Origin: Microcystaceae cyanobacterium
GTDB taxonomy: Bacteria; Cyanobacteriota; Cyanobacteriia; Cyanobacteriales; Microcystaceae
Assembly (NCBI GenBank): GCA_041746575.1
Contig: JBGTGT010000123.1
Coordinates: forward strand, 1-64,000
Length of the DNA stretch: 64,000 bases
Reading direction: 5' to 3'
The notes beneath the pieces are model-generated. The model worked only from the letters and a program-made list of their open reading frames with translations. It ran no database searches and was not told where the DNA came from. Positions 32,219-41,903 of the stretch are shown in pieces; position 1 is the first letter of the stretch; each line of letters begins with the position of its first letter. The translations under genes and the position numbers were made by a program.

Positions 32219-32477
32219 TGGCGTTTTGGCTTTGAGATTTTGAATTTTGGATTGACCAATGCGTCAATTTCGTTTCTTGGATGCTATTGGACATTTGTCT
32301 TATCTATCTCCAGAGAGCAACGGTGGCAGGTTACGACGCAAGAAATAGCTGGATTTTTGAGAAATTTTCCTGAATATTCAGCTTTTTCTCTAATCTATGA
32401 CTTCAAACGTCGAACTTTTGCAACCGTTCCTCCTTATTGTCTAATATTTTTGTAACAAAAAATACAAAATTAATGGG

Positions 32478-33623
32478 TTAGTTCACTTTAATCGTGTAAT
32501 CAGGGGTAATTTGGTCGGCGGCTTCGGCCACTTTCTGCCGCACGTTTTGAGGTAAGGGAATGTAACCTAATGAACTACTGACATCTTGCCCTTTGGTGAG
32601 TCCGTATTGAATCATCGCTTCAGTGGCGATCGCTTTGTCCTTATCTTGGTAATCTTTATAAACTAAGAGCCAAGTGTAAGTGACGATGGGATAAGATTGA
32701 TCGCCTTCAGGATTGGTGATAAATGCCCGTAAATTTTCGGGTAATTCCACAGCTTCAAGTGTTTTAGCGGCAGATTCATCGTTCGGTTCAATAAAGTTAC
32801 CCGATTGATTTTCTAAAGCCGCCATCGTTAAACTATTATTTTTGGCGTAACCATACTCGACATAGCCGATAGCCCCTTTTGTCTGCTGAAGTTGAGCGGT
32901 TATCCCTTCATTTCCTTTTGCCCCAATGAATTTGCCTTTTTTCGGCCATGCGACACTTTTGCCCTGTCCGACGGATTTTTCCCATTCAGGACTGATTGCG
33001 CTCAAATACATGGTAAATACACCTGTCGTGCCACTACCATCGGCGCGGTGAACGACTGTAATCGGTTGATCGGGTAATTGTAAATCGGGGTTTGCCTCGG
33101 CAATTTTGGGGTCATTCCAGCTAGTAATTGAGCCGTCAAAAATGCCAACTTGGGCTTCTTGGGTTAACTTTAAGCCTTCGAGTCCGGGAAGATTATAAGC
33201 CATCACGATACTTCCTGCCGTCATAGGCAACAACAGAACGCCCCTGCTTACTTTCTCAATTTCTTCGTCTTTCATCGCTACATCAGATGCGCCAAAATCC
33301 ACTGTGCCTTGGAGAAATTGCTCAACCCCTGCACCACTACCGACGGATTGATAATTAACTTGAAGATCGGGGACTTCTTGATTGAGTGATACAAACCAAT
33401 TTTGATATAAAGGGGCAGGAAAAGATGCCCCTGCGCCGGTTAAAGCAACTTGGCCAGAAAGGGGCGGTTTTTCCATCGCAACCGTTTCAGTATTGCCGTC
33501 AGTAGCAGTGTTATCAGAGGTTGTGCCGCCACCGCAGGCGGTTAAAGTCGCTAATAATGCCAGAATTGAGCCAGTATATACTAAACGGTTAGAGAAACTC
33601 ATATAAGGAATGCTTGTCTTCAT
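32478..33623 (-). CDS. pstS: Phosphate-binding lipoprotein PstS
   Basis: Lipobox LTAC, GAGASFPAPLY, YQSVGSGAG, DFGASD, HRADGSGTT. Confidence 0.96.
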   Translation of the reverse strand: MKTSIPYMSFSNRLVYTGSILALLATLTACGGGTTSDNTATDGNTETVAMEKPPLSGQVALTGAGASFPAPLYQNWFVSLNQEVPDLQVNYQSVGSGAGVEQFLQGTVDFGASDVAMKDEEIEKVSRGVLLLPMTAGSIVMAYNLPGLEGLKLTQEAQVGIFDGSITSWNDPKIAEANPDLQLPDQPITVVHRADGSGTTGVFTMYLSAISPEWEKSVGQGKSVAWPKKGKFIGAKGNEGITAQLQQTKGAIGYVEYGYAKNNSLTMAALENQSGNFIEPNDESAAKTLEAVELPENLRAFITNPEGDQSYPIVTYTWLLVYKDYQDKDKAIATEAMIQYGLTKGQDVSSSLGYIPLPQNVRQKVAEAADQITPDYTIKVN

Positions 33624-33672
33624 AAGAACAATTTTTCAATTTAAATCATTAACTATACAAATCTTAGTAGGG

Positions 33673-33705
33673 ATTGTATCGGTTATTGGTAAAGAACAGT
33701 TTAAG
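33673..33705 (-). promoter_or_regulatory. Putative SphR (Pho) box and -10 element for pstSCAB
   Basis: Minus strand reads CTTAAACT-gtt-CTTTACCA (11-bp period, resembling the cyanobacterial PyTTAAPyPy(T/A) box), then 8 nt, then TACAAT. Confidence 0.65.
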
Positions 33706-33871
33706 AAAATGATTTTTTTTGTTAACTATCAGCAAGATTGTCAAAATTTTTAGGGTTTTCACCCTTAACGACCCTATCAATGCCATAAATTCATCTGAGA
33801 GGTCACATAATCCTAAATTCAGTTGGATTGATGTATGACCCACAAAACCGAAAAAGCTGACAAATTTTTAA

Positions 33872-33904
33872 GTTAATGTTGGCTTAAACTGCTTGTGCTA
33901 AGAT
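33872..33904 (+). promoter_or_regulatory. Putative SphR (Pho) box and -10 element for the divergent PstS-family gene
   Basis: GTTAATGT-tgg-CTTAAACT, 8 nt, TAAGAT; same geometry as the pstS promoter. Confidence 0.55.
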
Positions 33905-33967
33905 GGTTGATATAAAATACATCAAAATATTTTGTTTTCTTGTCCGAATCCTTCGGTGAGGTAAAAA

Positions 33968-34993
33968 ATGAAAATCTTAGAAACAATGGTTATTTTAACT
34001 ACAACAACTTTGTTTACGGCTTGCGCTTCTGTTGATCCTACACAAATTAAACCAATTAATATTGATGGATCAAGTACCGTCGCCCCGATTACCGATGCGG
34101 TTTTAAAGGCTTATCACGCCGAACCGAAAAAAGAACTCGAAAAAATTGATATTAATGCTAGTATTTCAGGAACAGGGGGAGGATTTAAGAAGTTTTGTGC
34201 AGGAGAAACCGAAGTAAGTGCAGCCTCTCGTCCGATTTCCACCGCCGAAATGAAGGCTTGCACGGATGCAGGAATTCGCTTTATTGAACTGCCCATTGCC
34301 TATGATGCGGTAACGGTTGTCGTGAATCCGAGTAACCCAGTCGAGAGCATAACGGTGGCAGATTTAAAAAAAATATGGGAACCTCAAGCACAGGGAAAGG
34401 TCAAAAATTGGCAACAAGTTAACCCCCGTTTTCCGAATCAACCGCTCAATCTTTTTGCGCCTGATCAAGATTCGGGTACATTTGATTATTTCACAGAGGC
34501 GATCGTCGGTCAACCGAAGGCAAGTCGTACCGATTATGTAGCGAGTTCAGATGATGAAATTTTAGTTCAAGGGGTAATGCAAGATGCCAACGCCCTAGGT
34601 TATTTTGGCTATGCTTATTATGAGGAACACAAAGATCATTTAAAAGCGTTAGCCATTGAGAACGGAACAAATCGTGTCTTACCTTCCCCTGAAACCGTCG
34701 AAAATAATCAATATCAACCTTTAGCAAGACCTTTATTTATTTATGTCAATGCTAAATCAGCCCAAGAAAATCCAGCCTTAGAAGCTTTTATTAAATATTA
34801 TCTTAAAAAAGCCCCTGAGCTAGTTGAAAAAGTGGGTTATATTCCGCTTCCTGCTGATGGTTATAATCTAGCAGAAATTCAATTTCAACGTTTTGAAGTG
34901 GGAACGGTTTTTGATGGCAAAATTGATCACAATCTGGCCATTAGTGATTTATTACGCAAACAAGCTAAGTTTGAATCGGCGAATAGTAATTAA
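33968..34993 (+). CDS. PstS-family phosphate-binding lipoprotein (second, divergent type)
   Basis: Lipobox FTAC, IDGSSTV.P, SGTGGGFKKFC, DSGTFDYF, YQPLARPLFIYVN. Confidence 0.92.
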   Translation: MKILETMVILTTTTLFTACASVDPTQIKPINIDGSSTVAPITDAVLKAYHAEPKKELEKIDINASISGTGGGFKKFCAGETEVSAASRPISTAEMKACTDAGIRFIELPIAYDAVTVVVNPSNPVESITVADLKKIWEPQAQGKVKNWQQVNPRFPNQPLNLFAPDQDSGTFDYFTEAIVGQPKASRTDYVASSDDEILVQGVMQDANALGYFGYAYYEEHKDHLKALAIENGTNRVLPSPETVENNQYQPLARPLFIYVNAKSAQENPALEAFIKYYLKKAPELVEKVGYIPLPADGYNLAEIQFQRFEVGTVFDGKIDHNLAISDLLRKQAKFESANSN

Positions 34994-35015
34994 AGAAAAC
35001 CTCATCATTGCGCCA

Positions 35016-36137
35016 CTATTCTAATCCTTTGCCCAAAACCGAGTCTATCATTAAGGTGGCTTGATTATCTCCGTGATGAGGCATCCCATCGGTATGATTT
35101 ACCCCAAATGCTTGAAAATATTGACGAACAGAGTCAGGAAAATCAGGAAAGTCAAATGAATTGTCACCTTCTGCAATATCTGCCCAAAAATTTCTTAATT
35201 TCGGCGCAAATTGAAGGGCGACTTCTTCCGATAAGTTTAAAGGAGAAGACGTCAACAAACGCATCATAAAAGGAAAAGAGCGATCGCCTAACCAATCGCG
35301 GGATATTTCTGATAAGTTTGCAAAATCAGGCACATTCTTGATGTTATAAGACTGAATATTGCATTTTATTTTTGCAGAATGATGGGTTTCTACTTCAATT
35401 ACCCGATAGGGATGGGGATAACTGACCAATGAGCCTGTCGTAATTTCATAAATATCGTTATCATTGATAATATCTTGCACATGAAGATGGCCGGTCAATA
35501 TCAATTTAACCCCGTGTTTTTTTAGGATGGCTAATAACTGAGGAGCGTTATCTACCATATACCGTTTACCGAGTTCATGGGTGGCTTGATTGGGTAAATG
35601 TTCAATAACATTATGGTGAATCATAACTAAGATTAATTGATCGGAAAACTGAGATAAACTATCATCCAACCACCTTAATTGTGTCTCATCAACATATCCT
35701 AATTGTTTGCCTTCCGAATTAAATTGATTAGAATTCAAGCCAATTAACTGCACATTTTCTAAAATCTTTTGAGTATAATAGGGACGATTGGGCTGATCAT
35801 AGCCGAAGGGCTGATAATAAGTTGGAAAATCAATTAAACCCAGACTTTCAGTGGTAGAAATGGGGGTTAAAACATCGTGATTTCCAGGGATAACATAAGT
35901 CGGAAAGGGTAACGTTTTTAATTTTTTGATCAACCATTGATGATTTTCTCTTTCTCCGTCTTGGGTTAAATCTCCCGGTAGTAGAAGAAAATCAAGTTCT
36001 AATTGCTTTAGATGATCAATGGCTTGTTCAAAGGCAGGAATACTGACTTCTACAAGGTGAAAGCGATGGCTATGATGTTTAATCGTAAGAGGAAGGGCAA
36101 TATGAGGATCACTAATAACGGCAAAACGAAAAGTCAT
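35016..36137 (-). CDS. Calcineurin-like metallophosphoesterase
   Basis: ISDPH, PGDLT, PGNHD, HH, TGHLH. Confidence 0.92.
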   Translation of the reverse strand: MTFRFAVISDPHIALPLTIKHHSHRFHLVEVSIPAFEQAIDHLKQLELDFLLLPGDLTQDGERENHQWLIKKLKTLPFPTYVIPGNHDVLTPISTTESLGLIDFPTYYQPFGYDQPNRPYYTQKILENVQLIGLNSNQFNSEGKQLGYVDETQLRWLDDSLSQFSDQLILVMIHHNVIEHLPNQATHELGKRYMVDNAPQLLAILKKHGVKLILTGHLHVQDIINDNDIYEITTGSLVSYPHPYRVIEVETHHSAKIKCNIQSYNIKNVPDFANLSEISRDWLGDRSFPFMMRLLTSSPLNLSEEVALQFAPKLRNFWADIAEGDNSFDFPDFPDSVRQYFQAFGVNHTDGMPHHGDNQATLMIDSVLGKGLE

Positions 36138-36271
36138 AACATTGTAGCCTTTAATAGGGGATAATAAACAAAGGATAATGAACTCTTGTTAAAGTTTGCT
36201 TTTTTTTAAAAGAGACTTTTCAGCAAAATGTGTTAGGTATCAATGATTTTATCAGGTAGGAGGTCGTTATA

Positions 36272-36907
36272 TTGGCTAGAGTTCGAGTTCGTCAGCACGT
36301 TAACCCCTTAAGCTATAAATATCGTAACCCAATTAAGCCCCCATCGTGGGAGCAAATTTACAATAACCCCCGTCAATTGTTACATTTAGACATTGGGTGT
36401 GCCAGAGGAAAGTTTTTACTTAACATGGCACAAATTCAACCTGAAATCAACTTTCTGGGCATAGAAATTCGTGAGTCTTTAGTGATTGAAGCGAACCAAT
36501 ATCGAGAGCAATTAGGGTTAAACAATTTACATTTTTTGTTCGGTAACATTAATATTTCGCCGACGACTTTATTTCAATCTTTTCCGGCAAATATCTTGCA
36601 AACAGTTTCTATCCAATTTCCCGATCCTTGGTTCAAAAATCGTCATTTAAAACGGCGTATGGTTCAACCTGGATTAGTCTTAGCCATTGCTGAGTGTTTA
36701 AGAAAAGAGGGTCATGTTTTTTTACAATCTGACATTGAAGAAGTTGCCAAAGAAATGAGTGATCGCTTTTTAGAAAATTCGACTTTTATGCAACAGCATT
36801 CATGCCAATGGTTAGCGGATAATCCTTTTCCCGTTGCGACTGAAAGGGAGATAGCTACCTTTAATAAAAATCAATCAGTTTATCGCACTTTATTAAAAAA
36901 AAGATAA
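36272..36907 (+). CDS. trmB: tRNA (guanine-N7)-methyltransferase
   Basis: RVRQHVNP, DIGCARG, GIEIR, QFPDPWFK.RH. Confidence 0.96.
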   Translation: MARVRVRQHVNPLSYKYRNPIKPPSWEQIYNNPRQLLHLDIGCARGKFLLNMAQIQPEINFLGIEIRESLVIEANQYREQLGLNNLHFLFGNINISPTTLFQSFPANILQTVSIQFPDPWFKNRHLKRRMVQPGLVLAIAECLRKEGHVFLQSDIEEVAKEMSDRFLENSTFMQQHSCQWLADNPFPVATEREIATFNKNQSVYRTLLKKR

Positions 36908-36911
36908 TCGG

Positions 36912-38003
36912 ATGATTAATGTTTATACTCAGCCTGAAAAAGGAAAAATTTGGTTACAAAAATATCAGGGATGTCGTCCCCTTTTTGCATGTATTTTAGG
37001 GTTTACGGAGACAGGCTTAATTCAAGGGATCTCGGCGGCGGGTAAAACCCCCGAAGATCGACGTTATACTGCGATCGCTGATGCTGAATTTTTAATAAAA
37101 GGGGTTCAATCTTCTTATACTTACCCCTTACCCCCTTTACATGAAGGAATTTCTCCTGTATTCATCACCCGAAGTCTTCTGGCAGCTTGTGACATTCCGA
37201 TTTATCTGTTTAATGCTGGGTTGCCGATCCCTCCAGTGGTGTCTGGAATTGACCTAGGCGGAATCCCTGCTCAATGTCTATCTTCAGGTCAATCTTTACC
37301 TTTAAGCATTGTAAAACATCTTTTTGAACAAGGATTATACTGGGGCGAACAATTAAGCAAAAATGCAAGTAATTCTTATGTAATACTAAGTGAATGTGTG
37401 GTGGGTGGTACAACGACAGCATTGAGTATTTTAACGGGTTTAGGCATCGATGGACGGGGCAAGGTGAACAGCAGTTTTCCCCTATGCAACCATGAGAAAA
37501 AATGGGAAATTGTGCAGAAAGGACTCATAAATGCTCAATTGTTGCACAATAATCCGCCTGACCCTTTTTTTTTAGTAGCAGCAGTGGGTGATCCGATGCA
37601 AATTGTCGTAGCAGGAATGGCAATTACCGCAAGTCGTTGCAGTGGAGTTCTTTTAGCTGGAGGAACCCAAATGTTAGCGGTTTACGCCTTGATTCAGTCT
37701 ATTATACAACAATATAGTTTATCTGCCAACTTAGATCAAATGGTGGTAGGGACAACGCGCTGGGTAGCCGAAGATCCCACAGGGGACACAATTGGATTAG
37801 CCAGAGAACTTGAGACAGCGATATTAACATCAAGTGCTTTAAATTTAACAAATTCTAGGTTTAATAGTCTAAAAATGTACGAAAAAGGCTTTGTCAAAGA
37901 GGGAGTAGGAGCGGGAGGGAGTGCGATCGCCGCTTCCCTCTATCGAGGCTGGACATCGGATCAATTATTAGAAATTATAGAATCTTTATTACTGGAAAGT
38001 TGA
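36912..38003 (+). CDS. cobT: NaMN:base phosphoribosyltransferase (cyanobacterial/archaeal CobT type)
   Basis: GISAAG.TP, ECVVGGTTTAL, LAGGTQM, YEKGFVKEGVGAGG. Confidence 0.9.
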   Translation: MINVYTQPEKGKIWLQKYQGCRPLFACILGFTETGLIQGISAAGKTPEDRRYTAIADAEFLIKGVQSSYTYPLPPLHEGISPVFITRSLLAACDIPIYLFNAGLPIPPVVSGIDLGGIPAQCLSSGQSLPLSIVKHLFEQGLYWGEQLSKNASNSYVILSECVVGGTTTALSILTGLGIDGRGKVNSSFPLCNHEKKWEIVQKGLINAQLLHNNPPDPFFLVAAVGDPMQIVVAGMAITASRCSGVLLAGGTQMLAVYALIQSIIQQYSLSANLDQMVVGTTRWVAEDPTGDTIGLARELETAILTSSALNLTNSRFNSLKMYEKGFVKEGVGAGGSAIAASLYRGWTSDQLLEIIESLLLES

Positions 38004-38096
38004 GAGATTAATGCAAAACGATGCGATAAAAGAGGGTGAGATTTAACCCACCCCCTACGACTTACTAAGACTCAGAAATTGTGATTCTAATTGTCC

Positions 38097-38537
38097 TTAA
38101 CCAAGGTTAAGTTTAACCACTTTATTTTTTTCTTCTTCCGCTTTAGGCAAAGTAAGATGAAGGATACCCTCTTTATAATCTGCCGTTACGTTGGTATTTT
38201 GGACTAAAGCTGGAAGGGCGATTACGCGCTGGAATTTACCATAACGGAATTCAGAACGAGTAACACCGTTTTCTTCCGTTTTATTTTCGACTTTCCGTTC
38301 GCCGCTGATAGAAACGGTATCTTTGGTGACTTGAACATCCAAATCTTTTGCTTCCATACCGGGAACTTCAAGTTTTAATAAAACCGCTTCATCAGTCTCC
38401 GATAATTCTGCGGCAGGATTAAAGGTCAATCCATTTCCTTCTTGCCAAGTGGGGAATAGAGAATCATCAAAAAGACGGTTCATCCGACGTTGTAAAATTT
38501 CTAACTCATGGAAAGGGTTATAACGAGTTAAAGACAT
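38097..38537 (-). CDS. hspA: Small heat shock protein (Hsp20); ATG at 38537 preferred
   Basis: RYNPF.E, LEVPG, ISGERK, SEFRYGKFQRVI.LP, GILHLTLPK. Confidence 0.95.
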   Translation of the reverse strand: MSLTRYNPFHELEILQRRMNRLFDDSLFPTWQEGNGLTFNPAAELSETDEAVLLKLEVPGMEAKDLDVQVTKDTVSISGERKVENKTEENGVTRSEFRYGKFQRVIALPALVQNTNVTADYKEGILHLTLPKAEEEKNKVVKLNLG

Positions 38538-38700
38538 ATTTTGTCCTCCCAAGTATTGCTTGATTGAGTTCCTTTTGTTTTTATTTTACTGAAGTAAAGG
38601 GGGGGGTGAAAATACGGTTTTCCAGAAAAGTAAGGGTAAGATCAGCGTACTTTAATTCTTTTTATCTCGGTAGGGAAAACCGAAAAAGAGGTTCGGTTCT

Positions 38701-39876
38701 CTACCTTTTGGTACGAGAAAGACGGGGAATTTGCGGTTTCAGTAAACCCTGTCGCCATAAAACCGTTACAGAAATCGTGGCAATAGCAACCATCACGCCT
38801 AAGCAGAAAGGATAGCCAAAATACCAGTTTAATTCAGGCATATTCCAAGGAGAGGCATCAGGATTAAAATTCATGCCATAAATGCCAGCAATAAAGGTTA
38901 AAGGACTAAAAATCGTCGCCACCACCGTTAGAACTTTCATCACTTCGTTATTTTTATTTCCCAGTGCCGATAAATACAAATTCAATAAGGCCTCGATCAT
39001 TTGTAACGCAGTGTCGATTGTTGCCGTAATCTGAGTCGCGTGATCGTGGCAATCTCTAAGTCCTGTTCGGACTTTCTTGCTGATCCAATGCTGACCGTCT
39101 TTGAGGAGGAAGTCAAGGGCTTCTCGCTGAGATTGAATGCCTTGATTTAGGGTAATCAGTTCTTTTCTGATGGTATAAATTGTTTCTAAGGTTTGTACGG
39201 TCGGTTTGAAAAAGATTTCCTCTTCCAAAATTTCCAATCTTTCCCGACACAAGGTCAAAGCAGGGTAATAACTATCAATTACTGCATCCCAAAGAGCATA
39301 ACATAAATAATCTGCACCCATTTGCCGAATTTTTCCTTTATTATTAAGGATGCGATCCCTGACTAAATCAAAACAATCCCGTAATGGTTCTTCTTGAAAA
39401 GTCAGCACGTAATTTTTACCTAACACAAAACTGACTTGTTCTAACCAAAAGCCGTCCCCTTTCGGTTTTAAAATCGCCGCTTGGGTTAAAATCAATAAAC
39501 AACTGGGATATTCTTCAATTTTAGGTCGCTGAGGCACATTTACTACATCTTCTAGGAGATAAGGATCTAAACTAGCCATTTCGCCTACTTGATAGAGGAT
39601 TTCTTCTGTGCCTAATCCTCCAATATCTATCCAAGAAATAGAAGGACTTTCAACATAAAGACGACAGTCTTCTGGGGTTAAATCCTGACGACTGATCGCC
39701 TGTTGACTATCGTAATTGATCAGGGCAAGCACCGTCCGATAGGCATCGTGGGCAATGCGTAATGTTCCCGGTATCGTCCCCGGTGTTTGATAATGATAAG
39801 TCAAGGGGTTATCCTCATCGGGAGAAATGGGGCAGGATTGGGCTTGATGAACCGAAAATTGGCGTTGAAAGGACAT
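38701..39876 (-). CDS. corA: Second CorA-family transporter
   Basis: PGTIPGTL, QRPKIEEY, LTFQE, GIYGMNF...NMPEL. Confidence 0.92.
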   Translation of the reverse strand: MSFQRQFSVHQAQSCPISPDEDNPLTYHYQTPGTIPGTLRIAHDAYRTVLALINYDSQQAISRQDLTPEDCRLYVESPSISWIDIGGLGTEEILYQVGEMASLDPYLLEDVVNVPQRPKIEEYPSCLLILTQAAILKPKGDGFWLEQVSFVLGKNYVLTFQEEPLRDCFDLVRDRILNNKGKIRQMGADYLCYALWDAVIDSYYPALTLCRERLEILEEEIFFKPTVQTLETIYTIRKELITLNQGIQSQREALDFLLKDGQHWISKKVRTGLRDCHDHATQITATIDTALQMIEALLNLYLSALGNKNNEVMKVLTVVATIFSPLTFIAGIYGMNFNPDASPWNMPELNWYFGYPFCLGVMVAIATISVTVLWRQGLLKPQIPRLSRTKR

Positions 39877-40301
39877 TAAGCTAAGGTTAAAGCAATAAAA
39901 TGAATCAAGGGGAATTTTACTTAATTATATCGTCAATCTCTAAAAGCTTTTCTGGGTTTTTGGCGGGTCGGTCTCAGCCGAATTCAGCAACTTCTCAAGC
40001 GAAATCTAAGGGGTAAAAATTCACCTTTTATCGAAGCGATTAAGGCAGATTAGGGTCAGGATAAGGACATTTTCTGAGAGAAATTATACCCTCTGCTGAA
40101 CGGAATCTTGCTAAAACTTAGGGATGATTTTCTAACCGACAGATGAACAGTAATCTTGATGGGACACTTTGGCAGGGCAGAGAGCATTTGAAAAAAAATT
40201 TTTGATCAACTTTCTACATTAGAGTTATAGTTTAACTATGACTAATAAAAAACAACCCAGTAACACTATTGTTACAAAACATCGAGGATAAGTGAACAAT
40301 T

Positions 40302-40703
40302 ATGCCTGATATGGAACCGACTCCTATAACGGGAAAAGCCCTTCTTCAAAAGGTCAAAGAGCTTTCTCACCTTCCCCGTCGAGAAACCGCTAAAGAATGT
40401 GGTTATTACACTATCACAAAAGCGGGAGAACAACGAGTCAATTTGACAGACTTTTATGACGCAGTGCTTGCGGCTAAAGGTGTTCCTCTTGATCCAGAGG
40501 GAGCAAAAGATGGTCGAGGACGAGAACCGACTTTTCGTGTCAGTGTCCACAAAAATGGTCAAATTGTCATTGGCTCTACCTATACTGAAAAGATGGGATT
40601 AAAGCCGGGAGATGAATTTGAAATTAAATTGGGTTACAAACATATCCACCTTAAGCAACTAGACGAGGATCAACTCTCGGGTGGAGCAGATGAAGCGGCC
40701 TAA
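40302..40703 (+). CDS. Cyanobacterial AbrB-like regulator (cyAbrB2/Sll0822-like clade)
   Basis: GKALLQKVKEL, AKECGYY, RVSVHKNGQIVIG, PGDEFEIKLGYKHIHL. Confidence 0.92.
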   Translation: MPDMEPTPITGKALLQKVKELSHLPRRETAKECGYYTITKAGEQRVNLTDFYDAVLAAKGVPLDPEGAKDGRGREPTFRVSVHKNGQIVIGSTYTEKMGLKPGDEFEIKLGYKHIHLKQLDEDQLSGGADEAA

Positions 40704-41004
40704 TTGTCCCTTTGTCTGAGTCAGTTTGCGAGATTTGCTCAGTTAGAAGGGGGAGAGAGGGGCAATGTCTGAAACGAATAGATCCCTCTGTCATAGAGAT
40801 TTAATTGTCTCATCATTCCGAGACAGTATGTTTAACCCCCAGCAGGTTTTTGTAAGGAGAAGATTAAGTGATTTTCTTCAAACAGAAACCTGCCGATCTG
40901 CTTTACCTTAAATTTAGAGATAATGAGTAATAGGTTATTGGGCTTGGCTTATGAATCAGAAGTGAGAAATCAGCATCGTCTTTTCTTATTCGTTATTAAT
41001 TATC

Positions 41005-41814
41005 ATGGAAAATTGGTCGGATTGGCCATCTATTCTTAAAGTGACTTTTTTTTTAGGAATTTGGTTAATCCTGTGGCTTCCTTTAGCTGTTCCTTTCGCT
41101 TTTGCCGTCAAATGGAAGCCTTTTAAACCCTTCACTGTTCAGCAAAAATTACCCCTTGTGTTGATGCTCTACGGACTCGCTCCTTTGCTTATCGTGGGGA
41201 TTTGCCATCTTGAACACACGACTTTAAGCGATTATGGACTTTTTTGGCGAACGTCCTTCTTTGTATCGGCTTTATGGGGATTGGGTTTAGGCGGATTCAG
41301 TTTAATTGGCGTTTTTGTCTTAGAAGGAGGAATGGGATGGGTGCAATGGCATCTTGAGCAGATGCCTCAATTGCTGAAGTGTTTGTTTCCTTTGCTCGTG
41401 ATTGCGTTATGGGTAGGAATTACAGAAGAAGCTATTTTTCGAGGTTTATTTATAACCCAACTGGAAAATCGCTATTCTCCCCTTTTAGCGGCTGCAATAT
41501 CGAGTGCTATATTTGCTTTACTCCACTTGATTTGGGAACGCAAAGAAACCATTCCCCAGTTACCGGGGTTATGGTTAATGGGAATCGTTTTAGCACTAGC
41601 GCGTGGGTTTGACGGAGGAAGCATTGGATTAGCGTGGGGACTTCATGCCGGCTGGATATGGGGATTAGCGACGTTAGAGGCGGCACAGTTAATCAGTTAT
41701 CCTTCAGCGCGTCCAATTTGGCTAACGGGATTCTATCAGCATCCTTTAGCTGGGATGGCAGGTATTTTATATTTGCTTTTAGTCGGGAGTATTTTAGGGT
41801 TATTAAAAGGATAA
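41005..41814 (+). CDS. CPBP (CAAX/Abi) family intramembrane metalloprotease
   Basis: EEAIFRG, FALLH, GLHAGW. Confidence 0.9.
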   Translation: MENWSDWPSILKVTFFLGIWLILWLPLAVPFAFAVKWKPFKPFTVQQKLPLVLMLYGLAPLLIVGICHLEHTTLSDYGLFWRTSFFVSALWGLGLGGFSLIGVFVLEGGMGWVQWHLEQMPQLLKCLFPLLVIALWVGITEEAIFRGLFITQLENRYSPLLAAAISSAIFALLHLIWERKETIPQLPGLWLMGIVLALARGFDGGSIGLAWGLHAGWIWGLATLEAAQLISYPSARPIWLTGFYQHPLAGMAGILYLLLVGSILGLLKG

Positions 41815-41903
41815 AAGTTGATTCGCCTTCAAATCTCCTTTCTACAAAATAAGACGACAAATCACGTAGATCTATCGTCTTATTCAAGAGAATAAGTATC
41901 AGA

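Noticed and set aside
32220..32255. Short heptamer run (TTTTGGC TTTGAGA TTTTGAA TTTTGGA) and similar short repeats near 4427-4465
   Set aside because: Ordinary degenerate cyanobacterial short tandem repeats, too short to interpret
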